Assembly: GCA_964016885.1 (NCBI GenBank)
Contig: OZ024765.1
Coordinates: 1,798,001 to 1,862,000 of the forward strand
Direction of reading: 5' to 3'
DNA from: Eledone cirrhosa
Lineage: Eukaryota
Length of the DNA stretch: 64,000 nt
Translations under genes and position numbers: made by a program
In this document: positions 24,477-39,100 of the stretch, one piece after another
Position numbering within the stretch: position 1 is the stretch's first letter
How the letters are laid out: each line of letters begins with the position of its first letter
The notes under the pieces: model-generated
What the model saw: the letters and a program-made list of their open reading frames with translations, nothing else
Database searches by the model: none
What the model was told of the DNA's origin: nothing

Positions 24477-27190
24477 CCGTTTCTGTATTAAATATTGCAT
24501 ATACACTACTATTTCCTTCGAATTAAATAATTCTAGGTCTTTATAAGCTATTTCTGTATTAAATATGGCATATAATCTACTAATACCCCTCATATTAATG
24601 AGTTTTAGTCTTGTAGAAGCCATTTCTGTATTAAATAATTCATATACACTACTATTTGATTCAAATTAAATAGTTCTTGTCCTTTAGGAGCCATTTCTGT
24701 ATTAATTATGGCATTTAATCTACTAATACCCACAAATTAATGAGATTTTGACTTGTAGAAGCCATTTCTGTATTAAATAATTCATATACACTACTATTTC
24801 CTTCGAATTAAATAATTCTAGTTCTTTATAAGCCATTTATTTTATTAAATATTGCATATACAGTACTAATACCCCTCAAATTAATGAGTTTTTGACTTGT
24901 AGAAGCCGTTTAAATATTGCATATACACTACTATTTCCTTTGAATTAAATAATTCTAGGTCTTTATAAGCTATTTCTGTATTAAATATGGCATATAATCT
25001 ACCAATACCCCTCATATTAAAGCGTTTTCTTCCTGTAGAAGCCATTTCTGTTATAAATATTGGATATACACTACTACTTCCATCGAATTAAAGAGTTCTC
25101 TTCATTTAGAAGTCATTTCCGTATTAAATGTGGCATTTATACTAATAATACCCCTCATATTAATGAGTTTTAATCATTCATTTAGAAGCAATTTCCGTAT
25201 TAAATATGGCATTTATACTACTAATACCCCTCAAATTAATGAGTTTCAGTCTTGTAGAAGCCATTTCTGTATTAAATATTGCATATAATCTACTAATACC
25301 CCTCAAATTAATGGGTTTTATTGTGGTAGAAGCCATTTCTTATAAAATATTGTATATACTCTACTATTTGATGTGAATTAAAGAGTTTTACTCCATTAGA
25401 AGCCATTTCTATGTTAAATATGGCATATACCCTACTAATACCCTCACAATTAATCAATTTCAGTCCTGTAGAAGCCATTTCTGTATGATATATTGCATAT
25501 ACACTATTATTTCCATCAAATTAATGAGTTTTAGTGTGGTAGAAGCCATTTTGGTATTAAATATTGTATATAAATGACTATTTCCATTTAATTAAAGCGT
25601 TCTCTTCATTTAGAAACCATTTCCGTATTAAATATGGCATATATACTAATAATACCCCTCATATTAATGAGTTTCAGTCTTGTAGAAGCCATTTCAGTAT
25701 TAAATATGGCATATAATCTTCTAATACCCTCACAATTAATCAATTTCAGTCCTGTAAAAGCCATTACTGTAATAAATATTGCATATATACTACTATTTGA
25801 TTCAAATTAATGAGTTCTAGTCCTTCAGAAGACATTTCTGTATTAAATATGGCATATAATCTAATAATACAAATCATATTAATGAGTTTAAGTCCTGTGG
25901 AAGCCATTTCTGTATTAAATTTTGCATATACACTACTAATACCCCTCAAATTAATGAGTTTTTGACTTGTAGAAGCCATTTCCGTATTAAATTTTGCATA
26001 TACTCTACTATTTCCTTCGAATTAAAGAATTCTAGTTCTTTATAAGCCATTTATATATTAAATATGGCATATAATCTACTAATACCCCTCATATTAATGA
26101 GTTTTAGTGTGGTAGAAGCCATTTCTGTATTAAATATTGTATATACACTACTATTTGATGTGAATTAATGAGTTTTAGTCCTTTAGAAGCCATTTCTATG
26201 TTAAATATGCCATATACCCTACTAATACCCTCACAATTAATCAATTTCAGTCCTGTAGAAGCGATTTCTGTATGATATATTGCATATACACTACTATTAC
26301 CATCAAATTAATGAGTTTTAGAGCGGTAGAAGCCATTTCTGTATTAAATATTGCATATACACTACTAATTCCATCAAATTAATTAGTTTTATTGCGGTAG
26401 AAGCCATTTCTGTATTAAATATTGCATATACACTACTAATTCCATCAAATTAATTAGTTTTATTGCGGTAGAAGCCATTTCTGTATTAAATATTGCATAT
26501 ATACTACAATTTCCTTTGAATTAAATAATTCTATTTTTTTATAAGCCCTTAATGTATTAAATATTGCATATACACGACTATTTTCATCGAATTAAAGTGT
26601 TCTCGTCATTTAGAAGCCATTTCCGTATTAAATATCACATTTATACTACTAATACCCCTCAGATAAATGAGTTTTAGTCTTGTAGAAGTCATTTCTGTAT
26701 TAAATATTGCATATACACTACTATTTCCATCAAATTAATGAGTTTTAGTGCAGTAGAAGCCATTTCTGTATTAAATATTGCATATACACTACTATTTCCA
26801 TCAAATTAATGAGTTTTAGTGTGGTAGAAGCCATTTCTGTATTAAATATTGCATATACACGACTATTTCCATCGAATTAAAGAGTTCTCTTCATATAAAA
26901 GACATTTCCATATTAAATATGGCATATATACTACTCATACCCCTCATATTAATGAGTTTCAGTCTTGTAGAAGCCATTTCAGTAATAAATATTGCATATA
27001 CACTACTATTCAATTCAAATTAAATAGTTCTAGTCCTTTAGGAGCCATTTCTGTATTAAATATGGCATATAATCTTCTAACACCCTCACAATTAATCAAT
27101 TGAGTCATGTAAAAGCCATTACTGTAATAAATATTGCATATATACTACTATTTCTTTAAATTAAAGAATTCTAGTTCTTTATAAGCCATT
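24474..27190 (+). repeat. 71-bp AT-rich diverged satellite (~38 copies)
   Basis: Unit agaagccatttctgtattaaatattgcatatacactactatttccatcaaattaatgagttttagtcttgt; period 71 (26341/26412, 26701/26772). Confidence 0.93.
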
Positions 27191-30100
27191 TATGTCATTT
27201 TAGTCATTTATAATGACGTTTTTCCCCATTTTAGTCATTTATAATTAGGTTTTAGCCACTTTAAAGTCATTTTAGTCATTTATGATGCCGTTTTAGCCAT
27301 TTGAGTTATTTATAATGACGTTTTAGCTATTTTAGAGTCATTTTAGTCATTTATGATGCGGTTTTAAACATTTTGGAGACATTTCAGTCATTTATGATGC
27401 CGTTTTAGACATTTTGGAGTAATTTTAGTCATTTATGATGCCGTTTTAGCCATTGTAGGCACATTTTGGTAATTTATAATGCCGTTTTACCCATTTTAGT
27501 CATTTATAATGCTGTTTTAGTCATTTTAGTCATTTATGATGACGTTTTAGCCATTTACTCATTTATGATGGCGTTTAGCCATTTTAGAGTGGTTTGAGTC
27601 ATTTATGATGCCGTTTTAGCTATTTAGTCAGTTATCAGCACGTTTTAGCTTGTTAAGAGTCATTCTAGTCATTTATGATGCCGTTTTAGCCATTTTAGTC
27701 ATTTATAATACCGTTTTAGCCATTTTAGAGTCATTTTAGTCATGTATGATGCTATTTTAGCCATTCTAGACACATTTTAGTAATTCACAATGCCGTTTTA
27801 CCCATTTTAGTCATTTATAATGACGTTTTAGCAACTTTAGAGTCATTTTAGTCATTTATGATGCCGTTTTAGCAATTTTGGAGTCATTCTAGTCATTTAT
27901 GATGCCGTTTTAGTCATTTTAGTCATTTATAATGACGTTTTAGCTATTTAAGAGTCATTTTAGCAATTTATGATGCCGTTTTAGCCATTTTAGTCTTTTA
28001 TAATGACGTTTTAGCCATTTCAGAGTCATTTTAGTCATTTATGATGCCGTTTTAGCCCTTCTACACACATTTTAGTCATTCATAATGCCGTTTTACCCAT
28101 TTTAGTCATTTATAATTACGTTTCAGCCATTTTGAGTCCTTTTAGTCATTTATGATGCCGGTTTTAGCCATTTGGAGTCATTTAGTCATTTATGATGCCG
28201 TTTTTAGCCATTTTAGTCATTTATAATAACGTTTTAGCTGTTTAAGAGTCATTTTAGGTCATTTATAATGCGGTTTTAGCCATTTTAGTCATTTATAATG
28301 CCGTTTTAGCCATTTTAGAGTAATTTTAGTCATTATGATGCTGTTTTAGCCACTTTGGAGTCATTCTAGTCATTTATGATGCCGTTTTAGCCATTTCAGG
28401 AATTCCTAATGATGTTTTAGCTATTTTAGAGTCATTTGAGTCATTTAAGATGCCGTTTAGACCATTTTGGAGTCATTCTAGTCATTTATGATGCCGTTTT
28501 AGCCATTTTAGTCATTTATAATGACGTTTTAGCTATTTAAGAGTCATTTTAGTCACTTATGATGCCGTTTTAGCCATTTTAGTCAATTATAATGACCTTT
28601 TAGCTATTTAAGAGTCAATTTAGTCATTTACGATGCCGTTTTAGGCATTTTGGAGTCATTCTAGTCATTTATGATGCCGTTTTAGTTATTTTAGTTATTT
28701 ATAATGACGTTTTAGCTATTTAAGAGTCATTTTAGCAATTTATGATGCCGTTTTAGCCATTTTAGTCTTTTATAATGACGTTTTAGCCATTTTAGAGACA
28801 TTTTAGGTCATTTATGATGCCGTTTTAGCCCTTCTACACACATTTTAGTCATTTATAATGCCGTTTTACCCATTTTAGTCATTTATAATTACGTTTTAGC
28901 CACTTTAGAGTCCTTTTAGTCATTTATGATGACGTTTTAGTCATTTTAGCATTGATGATGCCGTTTTAGCCATTTAAGAGTCATTTCCGTCATTTATGAT
29001 GCCAGTTTAGCCATTTCAGAGTTATTTCGGTCATTTATGATGCCGTTTTAGCCATTTTAGTCATTTATAATGACGTTTTAGCCATTTTAGAGTCATTTTA
29101 GTCATTTATGGTGCCGTCTTAGCCATTTGGAGTCATTATAGTCATTTATGATGCCGTTTTAGACATTTTAGTCATTTATAATAACGTTTTAGCTGTTTAA
29201 CAGTCATTTTAGTCATTTAAGATGCCTTTTAACCATTTTGGAGTCGTTCTACTTATTTATGATGCTGTTTTGGGCATTTGGAGTCATTCTAGTCATTTAT
29301 GATGCCGTTTTAGCCATTTTAATTATTCCTAATGACGTTTTAGCTATTTTAGAGTCGTTTGAGTCATTTAAGATGCCTTTTAACCATTTTGGAGTCATTC
29401 TAGTCATTTATGATGCCGATTTAGCCATTTTGGACTGATTCTAGTCATTTATGATGCCGTTTTAGCCATTTTAGTCAATTATAATGACCTTTTAGCTATT
29501 TAAGAGTAGTTTTAGTCATTTATGATGCCGTTTTAGACATTTTGGAGTCATTCTAGTCATTTATGATGCCGTTTTAGTCATTTTAGTCATTTATAATGAC
29601 GTTTTAGCTATTTAAGAGTCATTTTAGCAATTTATGATGCCGTTTTAGCCATTTTAGTCTTTTATAATGACGTTTTAGCTGTTTAAGAGTCATTGTAGTC
29701 ATTTATAATGCTGTTTTAGCCATTTTAGTCATTTATAATGCCGTTTTAGCCATTTTAGAGTCATTTTAGTCATTTATGATGCTGTTTTAGCCACTTTGGA
29801 GTCATTCTAGTCTTTTATGATGCCGTTTTTAGCCATTTTAGGAATTCCTAATGACGTTTTTAGCTATTTTAGAGTCATTTGAGTCATTTAAGATGCCGTT
29901 TAGACCATTTGGAGTCATTCTAGTCATTCATGATGCCGTTTTAGCCATTTTAGTCATTTATAATGACGTTTTAGCTATTTAAGAGTCATTTAGTCACTTA
30001 TGATGACGTTTTAGCCATTTTAGTCAATTATAATGACCTTTTAGCTATTTAAGAGTCATTTTAGTCATTTATGATGCCGTTTTAGCCATTTTAGTCTTTT

Positions 30101-33100
30101 ATAATGACGTTTTAGCCATTTTAGTGTCATTTTAGTCATTTATGATGCCGTTTTAGCCCTTCTACACACATTTTAGTCATTCATAGTGCCGTTTAACCCA
30201 TTTTAGTCATTTATAATTACGTTTAGCCACTTTAGAGTCCTTTTAGTCATTTATGATGTCGTTTTAGTCATTTTAGTCATTTATAATGACGTTTTAGCTA
30301 TTTAAGAGTCATTTTAGTAATTTATGATGCCGTTTTAGCCATTTTAGTCTTTTATAATGACGTTTTAGCCATTTTAGAGTCCTTTTAGTCATTTATGATG
30401 CCGTTTTAGTCATTTTAGGCATTGATGATGCCGTTTTAGCCATTAAGTGTCATTTCGTCATTTATGATGCCAGTTTAGCCATTTCAGAGTCATTTCGGTT
30501 ATTTATGATGCCGTTTTAGCCATTTTAGTCATTTATAATGACGTTTTAGCTATTTTAGAGTCATTTTAGTCATTTATAGTGCCGTTTTAGCCATTTGGAG
30601 TCATTCTAGTCATTTATGATGCCGTTTTAGCCATTTTAGGCATTTATAATAACGTTTTCGCTGTTTAAGAGTCATTTTAGTCATTATAATGCTGTTTTAG
30701 CCATTTTAGTCATTTATAATGCCGTTTTAGCCATTTTAGAGTCATTTTAGTCATTTATGATGCCGCTTTAGCCACTTTGGAGTCATTCTAGTCATTTATG
30801 ATGCCGTTTTAGCCATTTTAGGAATTCCTAATGACGTTTTAGCTATTTTAGAGCCATTTGAGTCATTTAAGATGCCGTTTAGACCATTTGGAGTCATTCT
30901 AGTCATTTATGACGCCGTTTTAGCCATTTTAGTCATTTATAATGACGTTTTAGCTATTTAAGAGTCATTTTAGTCATTTATGATGCCGTTTTATACATTT
31001 TAGTCAATTATAATGACCTTTTAGCTATTTAAGAGTCATTTTAGTCATTTATGATGCCGTTTTAAGCATTTGGAGTCATTCTAGTCATTTATGATGCCGT
31101 TTTAGCCATTTTAGGCATTTATAATAACGTTTTCGCTGTTTAAGAGTCATTTTAGTCATTTATAATGCTGTTTAGCCATTTTAGTCATTTATAATGCCGT
31201 TTTAGCCATTTTAGAGTCATTTTAGTCATTTATGAGGCCGCTTTAGCCACTTTGGAGTCATTCTAGTCATTTATGATGCCGTTTTAGTCATTTTAGTCAT
31301 TTATAATGACGTTTAGCTATTTTAAGAGTCATTTTAGCAATTTATGATGCCATTTTAGCCATTTTAGTCTTTTATAATGACGTTTTAGCCATTTTAGAGT
31401 CATTTTAGTCATTATGCTGCCATTTTAGCCCTTCTACACACATTTTAGTCATTCATAATGCCGTTTTACCCATTTTAGTCATTTATAATTACGTTTTAGC
31501 CATTTTAGAGTCCTTTTAGTCATTTATAATGCCGTTTTAGTCATTTTAGGCATTGATGATGCCGTTTTAGCCATTTAAGAGTCATTTCCGTCATTTATGA
31601 TGCCAGTTTAGCCATTTCAGAGTCATTTCGGTCATTTATGATGCCGTTTTAGCGATTTTAGCCATTTATAATGACGTTTTAGCCATTTTAGAGTCATTTT
31701 AGTCATTTATGATGACGTCTTAGCCATTTGGAGTCATTCTAGTCATTTATGATGCCGTTTTAGCCATTTTAGTCATTTATAATAACGTTTTAGCTGTTTA
31801 ACAGTCATTTTAGTCATTTAAGATGCCTTTTAACCATTCTGGAGTCATTCTAGTCATTTATGATGCCGCTTTAGCCATTTTGGAGTCATTCTAGTCATTT
31901 ATGATGCCGTTTTAGCCATTTTAATTATTGCTAATGACGTTTTAGCTATTTTAGAGTCATTTGAGTCATTTAAGATGCCTTTTAACCATTGTGGAGTCAT
32001 TCTAGTCATTTATGATGCCGCTTTAGCCATTTTGGAGTCATTTTAGTCATTCATGATGCCGTTTTAGCCATTTTAGGAATTCCTAATGACGTTTTTTTAG
32101 CTATTTTAGAGTCATTTGAGTCATTTAAGATGCCGTTTAGATCATTTTGGAGTCATTCTAGTCATTTATGATGCCGTTTTAGGCATTTTGGAGTCATTCT
32201 AGTCATTTATGATGCCTTTTTAGCCATTTTAATTATTCCTAATGACGTTTTAGCTATTTTAGAGTCATTTGAGTCATTGAAGATGCCGTTTAGACCATTT
32301 TGGAGTCATTCTAGTCATTTATGATGCCGTTTTAGCCATGTTAATCATTTATAATGACCTTTTAGCTATTTAAGAGTCATTTCAGTCATTTATGATGCTG
32401 TTTTAGCCATTTTAGTCAATTATAATGACCTTTTAGCTATTTAAGAGTCATTTTAGTCATTTATGATGCCCTTTTAGGCATTTTGGAGTCATTCTAGTCA
32501 TTTATGATGCGTTTTAGTCATTTTAGTCATTTATAATGACGTTTTAGCTATTTAAGAGTCATTTTAGCAATTTATGATGCCGTTTAGCCATTTTAGTCTT
32601 TTATAATGACGTTTTAGCTGTTTAAGTGTCATTGTAGTCATTTATAATGCTGTTTTAGCCATTTTAGTCATTTATAATGCGTTTTAGCCATTTTAGAGTC
32701 GTTTTAGTCATTTATGATGCTGTTTTAGCCACTTTGGAGTCATTCTAGTCTTTTATGATGCCGTTTTAGCCACTTTAGGAATTCCTAATGGACGTTTTTA
32801 GCTATTTTAGAGTCATTTGAGTCATTTAAGATGCCGTTTAGACCATTTTGGAGTCATTCTAGTCATTCATGATGCCGTTTTAGCCATTTTAGTCATTTAT
32901 AATGACGTTTTAGCTATTTAAGAGTCATTTTAGTCACTTATGATGACGGTTTAGCCATTTTAGTCAATTATAATGACCTTTTAGCTATTTAAGAGTCATT
33001 TTAGTCATTTATGATGCCGTTTTAGGCATTTTGGAGTCATTCTAGTCATTTATGATGCCGTTTTAGTCATTTATAATGACGTTTTAGCTATTTAAGAGTC

Positions 33101-36100
33101 ATTTTAGTAATTTATGATGCCGTTTTAGCCATTTTAGTCTTTTATAATGACGTTTTAGCCATTTTAGTGTCATTTTAGTCATTTATGATGCCGTTTTAGC
33201 CCTTCTACACACATTTTAATCATTCATAATGCCGTTTAACCCATTTTAGTCATTTATAATTACGTTTTAGCCACTTTAGAGTCCTTTTAGTCATTTATGA
33301 TGCCGTTTTAGTCATTTAGTCATTTATAATGACGTTTTAGCTATTTAAGAGTCATTTTAGTAATTTATAATGACGTTTTAGCCATTTTAGAGTCCTTTTA
33401 GTCATTTATGATGCCGTTTTAGTCATTTCAGGCATTGATGATGCCGTTTTAGCCATTTAAGAGTCATTTCCGTCATTTATGATGCCAGTTTTAGCCATTT
33501 CAGAGTCATTTCGGTCATTTATGATGCCGTTTTAGCCATTTTAGTCATTTATAATGCCGTTTTAGCCATTTTAGAGTCATTTTAGTCATTTATGATGCGC
33601 TTTAGCACTTTGGAGTCATTCTAGTCATTTATGATGCCGTTTTAGCCATTTTAGGAATATCTAATGATGTTTTAGCTATTTTAGAGTCATTTGAGTCATT
33701 TAAGATGCCGTTTAGACCATTTTGGAGTCATTCTAGTCATTTATGATGCCGTTTTAGCCATTTTAGTCATTTATAATGACGTTTTAGCTATTTAAGAGTC
33801 ATTTTAGTCATTTATGATGCCGTTTTATCCATTTTAGTCAATTATAATGACCTTTTAGCTATTTAAGAGTCATTTTAGTCATTTATGATGCCGTTTTAGG
33901 CATTTTGGAGTCATTCTAGTCATTTATGATGCCGTTTTAGCCATTTTAGGCATTTATAATAACGTTTTCGCTGTTTAAGAGTCATTTTAGTCATTTATAA
34001 TGCTGTTTTAGCCATTTTAGTCATTTATAATGCCGTTTTAGCCATTTTAGAGTCATTTTAGTCATTTATGAGGCCGCTTTAGCCACTTTGGAGTCATTCT
34101 AGTCATTTATGATGCCGTTTTAGTCATTTTAGTCATTTATAATGACGTTTTAGCTATTTAAGAGTCATTTTAGCAATTTATGATGCCATTTTAGCCATTT
34201 TAGTCTTTATAATGACGTTTTAGCCATTTTAGAGTCATTTTAGTCATTTATGCTGCCATTTTAGCCCTTCTACACACATTTTAGTCATTCATAATGCCGT
34301 TTTACCCTTTTTAGTCATTTATAATTACGTTTTAGCCATTTTAGAGTCCTTTTAGTCATTTATAATGCCGTTTTAGTCATTTTAGGCATTGATGATGCCG
34401 TTTTAGCCATTTAAGAGTCATTTCCGTCATTTATGATGCCAGTTTAGCCATTTCAGAGTCATTTCGGTCATTTATGATGCCGTTTTAGCCATTTTAGCCA
34501 TTTATAATGACGTTTTAGCCATTTTAGAGTCATTTTAGTCATTTATGATGCCGTCTTAGCCATTTGAGTCATTCTAGTCATTTATGATGCCGTTTAGGCA
34601 TTTTGGAGTCATTCTAGTCATTTATGATGCCGTTTTAGCCATTTAATTATTCCTAATGACGTTTTTAGCTATTTTAGAGTCGTTTGAGTCATTTAAGATG
34701 CCTTTTAACCAATTTGAAGTCATTCTAGTCATTTATGATTCCGATTTAGCCATTTTGGAGTCATTCTAGTCATTTATGATGCCGTTTTAGCCATTTTAGT
34801 CAATTATAATGACCTTTTAGCTATTTAAGAGTCATTTTAGTCATGTATGATGCCCTTTTAGGCATTTTGGAGTCATTCTAGTCATTAATAATGCCGTTTT
34901 AGTCATTTTAGTCATTTATAATGACGTTTTAGCTATTTATGAGTCATTTAGCAATTTATGATGCCGTTTTAGCCATTTTAGTCTTTTATAATGACGTTTT
35001 AGCTGTTTAAGTGTCATTTTAGTCATTTATAATGCTGTTTTAGCCATTTTAGTCATTTATAATGCCGTTTTAGCCATTTTAGAGTCATTCTAGTCATTTA
35101 TGATGCCGTTTTAGCCATTTTAGGAATTCCTAATGACGTTTTAGCTATTTTAGAGTCATTTGAGTCATTTAAGATGCCGTTTAGACCATTTTGGAGTCAT
35201 TCTAGTCATTTATGATGCGTTTAGCCATTTTAGTCATTTATAATGACGTTTTAGCTATTTAAGAGTCATTTTAGTCACTTATGATGCCGTTTTAGCCATT
35301 TTAGGTCAATATAATGACCTTTTAGCTATTTAAGAGTAATTTTAGTCATTTATGATGCCGTTTTAGGCATTTTGGAGTCATTCTCAGTCATTTATGATGC
35401 GTTTTTAGTCATTTTAGTCATTTATAATGACGTTTTAGCCATTTTAGTCTTTTATAATGACGTTTTAGCCATTTTAGAGTCATTTTAGTCAATTATGATG
35501 CCGTTTTAGCCCTTCTACACACATTTTAGTCATTCATAATGCCGTTTAACCCATTTTAGTCATTTATAATTACGTTTTAGCCACTTTAGAGTCCTTTTAG
35601 TCATTTATGATGCCGTTTTAGTCATTTTAGGCATTGATGATGACGTTTTAGCCATTTAAGAGTCATTTCCGTCATTTATGATGCCAGTTTAGCCATTTCA
35701 GAGTCATTTCGGTCATTATGATGCCGTTTTAGCCATTTTAGTCATTTATAATGACGTTTTAGACATTTTAGAGTCATTTTAGTCATTTATGGTGCCGTTT
35801 TAGCCATTTGGAGTCATTCTAGTCATTTATGATGCCGTTTTAGCATTTTAGGCATTTATAATAATGTTTTCGCTGTTTAAGAGTCATTTTAGTCATTCAT
35901 AATGGTGTTTTAGCCATTTTAGTCATTTATAATGCCGTTTTAGCATTTTAGAGTCATTTTAGTCATTTATGAGGCCGCTTTAGCCACTTTGGAGTCATTC
36001 TAGTCATTTATGATGCCGTTTTAGGCATTTTAGGAATTCCTAATGACGTTTTAGCTATTTTAGAGTCATTTGAGTCATTTAAGATGCGTTTAGACCATTT

Positions 36101-39100
36101 TGGAGTCATTCTAGTCATTTACGATGCCGTTTAGCCATTTTAGTCATTTATAATGACGTTTTAGCTATTTAAGAGTCATTTTAGTCATTTATGATGCCGT
36201 TTTAGCCATTTTAGTCAATTATAATGACCTTTTAGCTATTAAGAGTCATTTTAGTCATTTATGATGCCGTTTTAGGCATTTTGGAGTCATTCTAGTCATT
36301 TATGATGCCATTTTAGCCATTTTAGTCTTTTATAATGACGTTTTTAGCCATTTTAGAGTCATTTCGGTCATTTATGATGCCGTTTTAGCCATTTTAGCCA
36401 TTTATAATGACGTTTTAGCCATTTTAGAGTCATTTTAGTCATTTATGATGCCGTCTTAGCCATTTGGAGTCATTCTAGTCATTTATGATGCCGTTTTAGC
36501 CATTTTAGTCATTTATAATAACGTTTTAGCTGTTTAACACTCATTTAGTCATTTAAGATGCCTTTTAACCATTTTGGAGTCATTCTAGTCATTTATGATG
36601 CCGCTTTAGCCATTTTGGAGTCTTTCTAGTCATTTATGATTCCATTTTAGCCATTTTAATTATTCCTAATGACGTTTTAGCTATTTTAGAGTCATTTGAG
36701 TCATTTAAGATGCCGTTTAGACCATTTGGAGTCATTCTAGTCATTTATGATGCCGTTTTAGCCATTTTACTCATTTATAATGAACTTTTAGCTATTTAAG
36801 AGTGACTTCAGTCATTTATGATGCCGTTTTAGCCATTTTAGTCAATTATAATGACCTTTTAGCCATTTTAGAGTCATTTGAGTAATAAAGATGCCGTTTA
36901 GACCATTTTGGAGTCGTTCTAGTCATTTATGATGCTGTTTTAGGCATTTTGGAGTCATTCTAGTCATTTATGATGCCGTTTTAGCCATTTTAATTATTCC
37001 TAATGACGTTTTAGCTATTTTAGAGTCGTTTGAGTCATTTAAGATGCCTTTTAAACCATTTTGGAGTCATTCTAGTCATTTATGATGCCGATTTAGCCAT
37101 TTTGGAGTCATTCTAGTCATTTATGATGCCGTTTTAGCCATTTGAGTCAATTACAATGACCTTTTAGCTATTTAAGAGTAGTTTTAGTCATTTATGATAC
37201 CCTTTTAGGCATTTTGGAGTCATTCTAGTCATTTATGATGCCGTTTTAGTCATGTTAGTCATTTATAATGACGTTTTAGCTATTTAAGAGTCCTTTTAGC
37301 AATTTATAATGCCGTTTTAGCCATTTTAGTCTTTTATAATGACGTTTTAGCTGTTTAAGAGTCATTTTAGTCATTTATAATGCTGTTTTAGCCATTTTAG
37401 TCATTTATAATGCCGTTTTAGCCATTTTAGAGTCATTTTAGTCCTTTATGATGCTGTTTTAGCCACTTTGGAGTCATTCTAGTCATTTATGATGCCGTTT
37501 TAGCCATTTTAGGGATTTCTAATGACGTTTTAGCTAATTTAGAGTCATTTGAGTCATTTAAGATGCCGTTTAGACCATTTTGGAGTCATTCTAGTCATTT
37601 ATGATGCCGTTTAAGTCATTTTAGTCATTAATAATGACGTTTTAGCTATTTAAGTGTCATTTTAGCAATTTATGATGCCGTTTTAGCCATTTAAGAGTCA
37701 TTTCCGTCATTTATGATGCCAGTTTAGCCATTTCAGAGTCATTTCGGTCATTTATGATATCGTTTTAGCCATTTTATTCATTTATAATTACGTTTTAGCC
37801 ATTTTAGAGTCATTTTAGTCATTTATGGTGCCGTTTTAGCCATTTGGAGTCATTCTAGTCATTTATGATGCCGTTTTAGCCATTTTAGGCATTTATAATA
37901 ACGTTTTCGCTGTTTAAGAGTCATTTTAGACTTTTATAATGCTGTTTTACCCATTTTAGTCATTTATAATGCCGTTTTAGCCATTTTAGAGTCATTTGAG
38001 TCATTTAAGATGCCGTTTAGACCATTTTGGAGTCGTTCTAGTCATTTATGATGCCGTTTTAGCCATTTTAATTATTCCTAATGACGTTTTAGCTATTTTA
38101 GAGTTGTTTGAGTCATTTAAGATGCCTTTTAACCATTTTCGAGTCATTCTAGTCATTTATGATGCCGATTTAGCGATTTTGGAGTCATTCTAGTCATTTA
38201 TGATGCCGTTTTAGCCATTTTAGTCAATTATAATGACCTCTTTGCTATTTAAGAGTAGTTTTAATCATTTATGATGCCCTTTTAGGCATTTTGGAGTCAT
38301 TCTAGTCATTTATGATGCCGTTTTAGTCATTTTAGTCATTTATAATGACGTTTTAGCTATTTAAGTGTCATTTTAGCAATTTATGATGCCGTCTTAGCCA
38401 TTTAAGAGTCATTTCCGTCATTTATGATGCCAGTTTAGCCAATTCAGAGTCATTTCGGTCATTTATGATGCCGTTTTAGCCATTTTAGTCATTTATAATG
38501 CCGTTTTAGCCATTTTAGAGTCATTTTAGTCATTTATGATGCCGCTTTAGCCACTTTGGAGTCATTCTAGTCATTTATGATGCCGTTTTAGCCATTTTAG
38601 GAATTCCTAATGACATTTTAGCTATTTTAGAGTCATTTGAGTCATTTAAGATGCCGTTTAGACCATTTTGGAGTCATTCTAGTCATTTATGATGCCGTTT
38701 TAGCCATTTTAGTCATTTATAATGACGTTTTAGCTATTTAAGAGTCATTTTAGTCATTTATGATGCCGTTTTATCCATTTTAGTCAATTATAATGACCTT
38801 TTAGCTATTATTAGGAATTCCTAATGACGTTTTAGCTATTTTAGAGTCATTTGAGTCATTTAAGATGCCGTTTAGACCATTTTGGAGTCATTCTAGTCAT
38901 TTACGATGCCGTTTTAGTCATTTTATTCATTTATAATGACGTTTTAGCTATTTAAGAGACATTTTAGCAATTTATGATGCCGTTTTAGCCATTTTAGTCT
39001 TTTATAATGACGTTTTAGCCATTTTAGAGTCATTTTAGTCATTTATGATGCCGTTTTAGCCCTTCTACACACATTTTAGTCATTCATTATGCCGTATTAC

